A DNA stretch of 64,000 nucleotides from a virus: positions 6,874 to 70,873 of IMG/VR virus record IMGVR_UViG_3300032118_003132. One strand, given 5' to 3'. The translations under genes were made by a program, and so were the position numbers. Below are positions 56,495-64,000 of the stretch, piece after piece (positions within the stretch are counted from its first letter, which is position 1; each line of letters begins with the position of its first letter). The notes under the pieces were generated by a model. That model was given only the letters and a program-made list of their open reading frames with translations, did not search any database and was not told where the DNA came from.

Positions 56495-59400
56495 TGGAAA
56501 AGATTGGTCTTGAGGCACAGCTAAAAGATGCAGTGTTTACTGCTGCTATCGACGCCTATATGAAAGGTATCGATAAATTGAATATGGCAAACCAGAAGTA
56601 TGTTGGTAGTGCTGCTCAGATCAATGCTGCAAGTAAAGGAATAAATACAAGCCTTGGAGATTTGGCAGAGTCTTATGGGGATGCAGGCTCAGGATCAGAG
56701 GGATTTAATATAAAATCCATGGCATTGGCTGTCACTCTTGGAAATATTTTAGCCAATGCCATTACATCTGTAATAAGTAAATTAAAAGAAATGGTATCAG
56801 CTGGAATTATGTCGGCAGCTAGAGTGGAGGAAATGGATGTTGTTCTTCAGCTTATTGGTGGTAGGGCAGGATATACAGCAGAACAATTAGATGAGATGGT
56901 TGCCAGTATTGTGAAATTAGGTATTCAAACAGATGTTGCTCAGAATACTTTACAGCAATTTATTAGATATAATATGAAATTAGAAGATGCCTCAAAGTTG
57001 GCTCGGGTTGCTCAGGATGCAGCCGTTATTGGTATGATAGATTCAAGTCAGGCTCTAGATCGTTTGATTTGGGGTATTCAGAGATATGATACTCAGATTT
57101 TACAGGGTATAGGAATTAACATCAGAAGTGATGATGCATTTAGAGCATATGCGGATACTTTACACAAAACAGCTGCCGAATTAACAGAAAATGAGAAACA
57201 GCAAGCATTCCTGAATGCAGTATTATTGGAAGGCAAGAGAAATGCTGGCATATATGAAGCATCTATGAAAACTGCTGGCAAACAACTACGCTCAATATCT
57301 CGTGAAACTTGGGAATTAGCCAGAATTATGGGTGAGCCATTTTTGAGTGCATTTTCTACAGTTATTAAAACAATAAGGGAATTGATAGCCAAATTCACTG
57401 AAGCATTCAAAGAGGGTGGTGCATTTTATAATACTATGATACAGCTGGGAGCTGCTGCATCTATACTTGCAGATTATATAAGTATAGTATCCAAAAAGTT
57501 TGCGGATTGGTTTATCAATCTTGCACAAGGTAAGGATTTATTGACGTTTATTGAAGATGCCATAGCTAATTTGTCTCCTCAGGTTATGGCAACAGTAGCA
57601 GCCATTGGAGCTTTGGTTGGAGCATTTGTAGCCTTAAAGGTTGTTATTGCTGTGGGAGGTATGCTTCTTTCTGTAGCAAATACGATATCTTTCATAGGGT
57701 TTGCAGTCAAGTTCTTTCTTACTAATCTTAATTTAATTGTACCAGTAATAGCGACATTATTTTCGAAAGCATTTCCATTTTTGGCAATGGCAATTTCCAG
57801 AGTTGGAACTGCGTTTGTTAGTCTTGCTGCTGTCATTGATGCTCCCTTATTGGCAATTATAATTGCAGTAGCTGCTGTAATAGCCATAATTGTTGCATTG
57901 GCTACCAATGTTGGTGGGGCAAGAGATAAGTTAGTCACTTTCTTCAAACAAATTGGTGATATGGCTGCAAAGGCAGCGGAATGGATAGGGAAAGCATTCA
58001 CAGATATTGCCAATTGGGTAGCTGATGCTGCGGTGAAAGCATGGAATTGGGGAGTTAATCTAGTAACTAATTTTGCAAATGGCATTATAAATGCAGCTTC
58101 CTCAGTTCTTAATTCAGCTATGGAATATCTTGGAAATATCTTAAGTTGGTGGTTGTCACCTGGCTCTCCCCCAAAGATTGCTCCAGATTTGGTAAAATGG
58201 GGTATTGGAGCTGTAAATGAATGGCTGAAAGGTTTCACACAGGGAGATTTTGATATAATAAAAGGTATTCAGGCTCCTCTCAAACAGGTATTTGATTATT
58301 TAGAAAGCATTGGTAAGATAGGTGAGGGGACAGCGGGACAAATGTTTGCTGATTTGTCTAAACAAATGATTGAAGCCACTAAGACTGGCAAGGATTACCA
58401 AAATATAGTTGCTCAAATAATATCTCAAACAGGAGTGTTTGGTCCTGAATTAGGTAAATTGACACAGCAATATTTCCAATTAGCAGGAGTATTGGCAGAT
58501 GTAACAAGTCGTGAGAAAGCTTTGGCAGATGCTCAAAAGAGACAATCTGATGCTAACAAAAATACCAATAAACTGGTTAGGGAATATAATCAAATGTTGC
58601 GGAGTGGAGCCTCGAAAGCTGATTTGGCTGCTAAATTAAAAGCTATTGATGCTTCTAAGGCTGAGGAAATGGCAGCAAGTAAAAAAGTTAAGAAAGAAGA
58701 AGATGCATTAAAGGTTTCACAAGATTCTGTAAACACTCTCAAAGAGCAGATAAAATTGCAGGAACAGTTAGTGTCTATGTTGTTGCAATTAGCAGAGGCT
58801 CAAACAAAGAGAGCGGAACCAGAAAAGGCAACCAAAGCTGGAGGTGTCAAGGCAGGAATTGGTGCTGGTGGAATTCCAGAAGTGAAATTGCCAGATATAC
58901 AGAGTGCTATTTCTATAGCTATAGATAATGCTAAAAAGTTGTTGTTGAGGCGTTTAGGTGATATTTGGCAGGGTCTTAAAGATAAATGGAATCGTTTCTG
59001 GTTTGACGTAGAAATGTTTTTAAGGACTACTTGGAGAAAAATAGTTGTATGGGGGACAGTTACTTGGCAGAATTTTACATATTGGATATATGATACTTGG
59101 CAATCTATAAAATTGAAAGCTATCGAGATTTGGGGAGGAATAAAACAGTGGTTCTCTGACACTTGGAATGATATAAAATTGAAAGCTGTTGAGATTTGGG
59201 GAGGTATAAAACAATGGTTTATTGATGCCTGGAACGGCATAAAATTGAAAGCTATTGAAATATGGACAGGCATTAAGGAATGGGTTCTTGATTTATTGCG
59301 AAAATGGTTTGCATCAATGGGGATAGACTTTGATGAGTATGTAGAGAGATGGAAGAAAATTTGGGAAAATATAAAATTAATCGTTGTTACTATTTGGAAT

Positions 59401-60201
59401 AGAATAAAAGAACATGTATCTGAAAAGATAGTTGCAATAAGACAATGGATACAAGATAAATTGGATGAGATAAAGACCAAATGGGAAGATATTTGGAATA
59501 AAGTGTCTACGAAAGCAACTGAAATTTGGAATGCAATTTATACTTTTATATCTGATAAAACAGCAGGTATAAGGGATTGGATAAGAGATAGAGTTGATGA
59601 AATAAAGACTAAGTGGGATACTTTTTGGAATGGTATAAAGACAAAAGTGGAAGAAGTTTGGAATGGTCCTGATGGAATTAAAGCTAAAATAGAGGCAGCA
59701 GTGAATTCTGTAAAGAATTTTTTCACAAATGCAGAGGGAACAGGTTTATTTGATATTATTGGAACTATGGCTGCCGATGTCTGGAATAAGGCAGTTGAGA
59801 TCGGTACAAATTTATTGAGTGGCATAAAACAGGGCATCATAAATGCTGCTGGTAGTTTATTAAAAGGCGTAACAGGGGTTGTTGAAAGTGTTCTTAAGAT
59901 AATAATGAATTTGCTTGGTATTGGCTCTGAATCTAAAGTCTTAAAACAATATGGTAAATTTGTTATGCAGGGTTTTGGATCAGGTATTCAAAAGAATGCT
60001 AATATTCCACAAAAAGCAATGACTGATGCAATAGCTAATGCCATAAGTCCAGTTATTAGATTGCCTCAATCAGTGATAAATACTGTAAATAGAACTGCTA
60101 CCATAAATATGGGAGGAGTAACGGTTAATAATGGTATGGATGTGGCTGCTTTTAGAGGCGTGATTAAGAGTGTATTGCGTGAAGAGATGGGAGGAATATA
60201 G
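56494..60201 (+). CDS. Tape measure protein
   Basis: 1235 aa, Ala-rich helical, hydrophobic middle, 11/22-aa Trp repeats, SPP/SESK motifs. Confidence 0.92.
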   Translation: MEKIGLEAQLKDAVFTAAIDAYMKGIDKLNMANQKYVGSAAQINAASKGINTSLGDLAESYGDAGSGSEGFNIKSMALAVTLGNILANAITSVISKLKEMVSAGIMSAARVEEMDVVLQLIGGRAGYTAEQLDEMVASIVKLGIQTDVAQNTLQQFIRYNMKLEDASKLARVAQDAAVIGMIDSSQALDRLIWGIQRYDTQILQGIGINIRSDDAFRAYADTLHKTAAELTENEKQQAFLNAVLLEGKRNAGIYEASMKTAGKQLRSISRETWELARIMGEPFLSAFSTVIKTIRELIAKFTEAFKEGGAFYNTMIQLGAAASILADYISIVSKKFADWFINLAQGKDLLTFIEDAIANLSPQVMATVAAIGALVGAFVALKVVIAVGGMLLSVANTISFIGFAVKFFLTNLNLIVPVIATLFSKAFPFLAMAISRVGTAFVSLAAVIDAPLLAIIIAVAAVIAIIVALATNVGGARDKLVTFFKQIGDMAAKAAEWIGKAFTDIANWVADAAVKAWNWGVNLVTNFANGIINAASSVLNSAMEYLGNILSWWLSPGSPPKIAPDLVKWGIGAVNEWLKGFTQGDFDIIKGIQAPLKQVFDYLESIGKIGEGTAGQMFADLSKQMIEATKTGKDYQNIVAQIISQTGVFGPELGKLTQQYFQLAGVLADVTSREKALADAQKRQSDANKNTNKLVREYNQMLRSGASKADLAAKLKAIDASKAEEMAASKKVKKEEDALKVSQDSVNTLKEQIKLQEQLVSMLLQLAEAQTKRAEPEKATKAGGVKAGIGAGGIPEVKLPDIQSAISIAIDNAKKLLLRRLGDIWQGLKDKWNRFWFDVEMFLRTTWRKIVVWGTVTWQNFTYWIYDTWQSIKLKAIEIWGGIKQWFSDTWNDIKLKAVEIWGGIKQWFIDAWNGIKLKAIEIWTGIKEWVLDLLRKWFASMGIDFDEYVERWKKIWENIKLIVVTIWNRIKEHVSEKIVAIRQWIQDKLDEIKTKWEDIWNKVSTKATEIWNAIYTFISDKTAGIRDWIRDRVDEIKTKWDTFWNGIKTKVEEVWNGPDGIKAKIEAAVNSVKNFFTNAEGTGLFDIIGTMAADVWNKAVEIGTNLLSGIKQGIINAAGSLLKGVTGVVESVLKIIMNLLGIGSESKVLKQYGKFVMQGFGSGIQKNANIPQKAMTDAIANAISPVIRLPQSVINTVNRTATINMGGVTVNNGMDVAAFRGVIKSVLREEMGGI

Positions 60202-62834
60202 TGGGATTTCCAATATTTGCCATAACAGATGGTACTGATAGAATAGATTTATTGACATTCTTAAGCCTAAAAGAGTTCAAGTCATCTATTATAGAGCCAG
60301 AGGGAGGTGGTATTTGGGGCAGCAGTCCATTCTCGGATGGTAGAATACCGATAGCTATGCAGTTTGGAAATCTTATGATTGAATCTATATTCTCGGCACA
60401 TGGTTGTGACCAGGATGATTTAGCTTATAAGGCACAATTGGTAAGAAGATTATTAGAGAATGCCAGGCAATATTGGCTGTCACCTTCTTGGAAGACTCCT
60501 GTATGGGTGGAAATGCGTGGCTCTAATGAGACTAATATACGTTATGCATATATCTTCGATTATAGAGCACCGGGCACTGGAAACCCATTCGCTGCTCCTA
60601 CGTTTGATAACGGAAACTCTATGATGATATTCCCATTAATCTTAGAAACCACTCCTTGGCAAAGTAATCCTCTTGGTTCTTCGAATTGCATTGAAATTAG
60701 TAGTTTGCAGAGAGCCATTATTTCTGGCAGTACTATAACTGCTCATTTTCACGTAATATCGAGTGATGATGATGCAGAAGTTGCATATCCTAGTTATGAT
60801 GTGGTTATGGGAGATGTAACCGCTAAGATGGGAACTGATATCAATTTGATGTATAAATATTTTACTATATTTAGAAATATTACTATTCCGGTAGGTTCTA
60901 TAATTACAAGTGCTTTTATACGTTATACCGCTGCTTCAAACCAAGCTAGTACTCCAGTAACTTTAAGAATATATGGCGAGAGAGATATTGATCCTCCTGC
61001 TTATTGTGATGATTATTTTATCTGTTTTGCTCCAACTACATCAGGTAGTACTCCTCGTATATACACATATAGTTATGTAGATTGGGATCCTGGTATATGG
61101 ACTCAGAATACTCAATATGATACTCCAGATATATCTAATATTGTGCAAGAAATAATAAATTTGGAGGGTTGGGAATCTGGTTGTGATATAGCTATAAATA
61201 CAGGGGATAAAATGGCTAAGACTGCTGGTCCTTATTATTATAGAGATGCCTATACATTTGATAATGGTTCTAAAGATCCAGAATTACATATCATATATTC
61301 TCCTCCAGCAGATGTAGGCGTAAATGCGACATGCTCTAAAGAAGTAATTATTTCCAATAAACATAATAAGGCACAAATAAATCAAATTCTCTTATATGAT
61401 AAGAATGTTGGATACATTGATTTGATTGCAGCTGGATATCCATATGCGTTATTCCCAGCAGTCCCAGTCGCAGGAGATGATTATTTATTAATAGGTATTG
61501 ATACTGCATATATGGACAGTGGTCCATTTAGGAGTTTGGTATTTAATTTAAGTATTGCTTGTAGTGGCATAACATTTACTGTAAAATATTCACAAACTGC
61601 TGCTTTTGCAGCTGTAATAGGTGCAACTGATAACACTAATGCACTTAGTGTATTGGGAGTATCATCATATCACTTTAAACCACCATTAGATTTTGACCAT
61701 CAAGTCATAAGTGGTAAAGATTGTTGGTGGATTAAATTAGATATTACAGGTGTTGCTGGCACTTATGTTGTTCCAGTGCAACAAGATAGAAATATTTATA
61801 CTATTGTTACTCCATATTTTGATATAAATGAAGACCAAGTGAGAGGTGATTTACCTGTACTCGCACGTACATTATTATTTAATAGAGGATATTCAACAAA
61901 TAATCCAATGTGGAATAATCCTTCCGCTGCTGCACCGTATGCTAAGAAAATATTTTTAGCAACTCGTAAACTTTCTAGGGGTGAAGATTTTACTCCATAT
62001 TTGAATGCTTCAGATTGGCAATTACCACCTGGAATAACATATACTGTTGCAGGTGCTGGTGATCATGTTACTATGGAAGAGGATACAGCAGTAGATGTCT
62101 TAATGCATACTGCTGAAGATATTGATGGTAGTCCAACAGGAAAAATGACATTGTTTGATTATCCGCATACTGTAATAGATCCATTAACGATCAGAGGGAC
62201 TTGGACATTTGCATACAATATTGCTAGACAATATGCTGGCAGATATGCAGCATACTTGCGTTGTACAACAGAAGGTCCTGGAGCCATTAATTTTCAAATA
62301 GGTTTACAATTATGTTATGGTTTATCTCCTAACTACACTACATATCCAACTAAGACTATATTTCTTAATTCCAATCCTATGTTTACATACGTAGATTCAT
62401 TTTCCATTATGGAAGATCTTATGGAAGATGAATATTTAGCTAATTTCCATATTAATCTAATGATAGGTATTCCTGAGGATATAGCATATTCTAATTTGTA
62501 TATATATGATCTCATAGTGGTGCCAGTAGATGAATTTTTGTATACTGCTGAAACAGAATCTACAATACTTGCTGTTGATGCTCCTCCTAATGGTAATGGT
62601 GTTTATATAGATGCAGATTCTATTGGAAATCCTAAAATTATGCGTTCTGTAGCTAGAGTTGAAATTAATGATGATAAACTTGCTAATCTAATAAGAATGT
62701 CTAGAAATCCTTGGATGCTTAATCCCAGAACATCACAGAGAATATGGTTCTTTAGTCCAGCCTCTATGAATATATCTTATATTCCAAAACAATACGGTAT
62801 ATTTAGATATTTTGACTTGCGAGGAAAAGATTAA
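60201..62834 (+). CDS. Distal-tail/baseplate-type protein with inserted accessory domains
   Basis: First gene after TMP. DDA.., F.NI.IP.GS.I.SA.I, TPDIS.IVQEII...GW.SG, P.L.I.Y module. Confidence 0.6.
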   Translation: MGFPIFAITDGTDRIDLLTFLSLKEFKSSIIEPEGGGIWGSSPFSDGRIPIAMQFGNLMIESIFSAHGCDQDDLAYKAQLVRRLLENARQYWLSPSWKTPVWVEMRGSNETNIRYAYIFDYRAPGTGNPFAAPTFDNGNSMMIFPLILETTPWQSNPLGSSNCIEISSLQRAIISGSTITAHFHVISSDDDAEVAYPSYDVVMGDVTAKMGTDINLMYKYFTIFRNITIPVGSIITSAFIRYTAASNQASTPVTLRIYGERDIDPPAYCDDYFICFAPTTSGSTPRIYTYSYVDWDPGIWTQNTQYDTPDISNIVQEIINLEGWESGCDIAINTGDKMAKTAGPYYYRDAYTFDNGSKDPELHIIYSPPADVGVNATCSKEVIISNKHNKAQINQILLYDKNVGYIDLIAAGYPYALFPAVPVAGDDYLLIGIDTAYMDSGPFRSLVFNLSIACSGITFTVKYSQTAAFAAVIGATDNTNALSVLGVSSYHFKPPLDFDHQVISGKDCWWIKLDITGVAGTYVVPVQQDRNIYTIVTPYFDINEDQVRGDLPVLARTLLFNRGYSTNNPMWNNPSAAAPYAKKIFLATRKLSRGEDFTPYLNASDWQLPPGITYTVAGAGDHVTMEEDTAVDVLMHTAEDIDGSPTGKMTLFDYPHTVIDPLTIRGTWTFAYNIARQYAGRYAAYLRCTTEGPGAINFQIGLQLCYGLSPNYTTYPTKTIFLNSNPMFTYVDSFSIMEDLMEDEYLANFHINLMIGIPEDIAYSNLYIYDLIVVPVDEFLYTAETESTILAVDAPPNGNGVYIDADSIGNPKIMRSVARVEINDDKLANLIRMSRNPWMLNPRTSQRIWFFSPASMNISYIPKQYGIFRYFDLRGKD

Positions 62835-64000
62835 TGGAATCATTATTTAGGCATACTGGCATTACCATTAATTTTTACGATCCATGGCCATTATATTCAG
62901 TAAATAATGAGATAGTTTATAAATGTGAGCATTATACTTCATATACTCATGAGATTGGAGCTATGGGAGGTTATTTATCTGCTACTGTGGAAATTCCCAT
63001 GACGGTGGCAGATGCAAAAATATGGTATGAAAAAGGTATTGGTAGGAGAATAAAAGTATTCAATCACGCTGGTGTTTGTGTTTGGAACGGATTCGTGAAT
63101 GATATAGATATAAGATTCGGAGCAGATACTGCACATATTGGTCCAATGACGAACATTGGAAATATTATTGGAGTTATGTTTACTCCAGTAGATTTCGATA
63201 ATGGGACAGTGGGTACAGAGACCGAGACAACACTGGTGCAGGATATTTATAGTCAGGAAACCTATGGAAAATGGGAAAAGTGGTTATCTGCTGGTCAGGC
63301 TGAGGAAACAGCTGCTGAACAAGTAAGAGATGTATTCTTAGCTGATATGGCATACCCAAAATCTACAGATGATTTGAGTATTTATTCTGGTGCCTCTCCA
63401 GTGGTAACATTGAGTTGTGTTGGAAATCTATATTGGTTGACAGCTTATATATATAACAATTTATCGGATGGTTTGGATACATTAAGAACCAAATTAGAGC
63501 TTGTATTGGATGCCGATCCAAATTTCATTATAAATCATGATTATAGTTATATAGAAGATAACTTATATCTTGTAAATATAAAAGAGGACAGAAATAGATG
63601 TGCTTGGGATATAATCAAAGAGTTATTATCTATTGGAAATGATACCGATGATTCCAGGAGGATGTTTGGAGTATATGAGGATGGGTTGGTAAAATATTCT
63701 AGAATTCCAGATGCAATTGAATATTATCATTATTTGGGAGATCCCTCCCGTAAAATAACTACTGCGGATATGGCAGTTATACCTCCTTGGGAAGTAGTGC
63801 CTGGCAAATGGCTAAAGGTTCCCGATTTTATGTTTGCTGGAGCATTTACCTCTTTACATTTTATAAAAGATGATCCAAGGAACAGATTTCTTGAATCAGT
63901 GAAATATACTTCTCCATATGGTCTTGATCTCGGTGGAGGACGGAATGACAAACTCTCACAAATGCTTTCCAAGATAGCATATTCTGGAGGAATGCTCTGA
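62834..64000 (+). CDS. Tail tip/hub protein
   Basis: Second gene after TMP. W.GFV.., D..SQ..YG..E pattern. Stop codon at the window end. Confidence 0.55.
   Translation: MESLFRHTGITINFYDPWPLYSVNNEIVYKCEHYTSYTHEIGAMGGYLSATVEIPMTVADAKIWYEKGIGRRIKVFNHAGVCVWNGFVNDIDIRFGADTAHIGPMTNIGNIIGVMFTPVDFDNGTVGTETETTLVQDIYSQETYGKWEKWLSAGQAEETAAEQVRDVFLADMAYPKSTDDLSIYSGASPVVTLSCVGNLYWLTAYIYNNLSDGLDTLRTKLELVLDADPNFIINHDYSYIEDNLYLVNIKEDRNRCAWDIIKELLSIGNDTDDSRRMFGVYEDGLVKYSRIPDAIEYYHYLGDPSRKITTADMAVIPPWEVVPGKWLKVPDFMFAGAFTSLHFIKDDPRNRFLESVKYTSPYGLDLGGGRNDKLSQMLSKIAYSGGML

Noticed and set aside
59100-59290. Three near-identical 66-nt repeats
   Set aside because: Ordinary 22-aa tape measure repeats (IKLKA.EIW.GIK.W).
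1-64000. Other minus-strand ORFs in the track
   Set aside because: Nearly all are shadows of well-supported + strand genes and none carries a recognisable motif.

Overview
This is a 64 kb piece of an AT-rich tailed dsDNA phage genome, siphovirus-like (tape measure present, no sheath), with essentially every gene on the + strand and no integrase or lysis genes in view. Gene order: terminase C-terminus, small accessory ORFs (incl. NADAR), HAD phosphatase plus thymidylate-synthase-like dUMP hydroxymethylase, portal, an imported fibre/tailspike block, and a head module interleaved with five glycosyltransferase-like genes and a methyltransferase. Then come helicases, primase, dCTP deaminase, tRNA-Asn, an early region with a sigma-like gene, a DNA hypermodification operon, UDG-PolA, recombination genes, a second sigma-like gene and the tail module. 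The main candidate for a new system is a 5-hydroxymethyluracil hypermodification operon at 37.9-42.7 kb. It couples the 5hmdU DNA kinase and amino-acid:DNA-transferase-family genes to myo-inositol-1-phosphate synthase, a CX5R phosphatase and an FkbM methyltransferase, suggesting a (methyl)inositol-substituted thymidine. Other notable items: a ~350 nt multi-domain structured RNA ahead of the ssb gene, a probable virion-glycosylation system, three promoter-like motif classes, a PolA with Trp at the '762' position, and several recombination scars. All assignments come from reading motifs by eye; no database searches were run.
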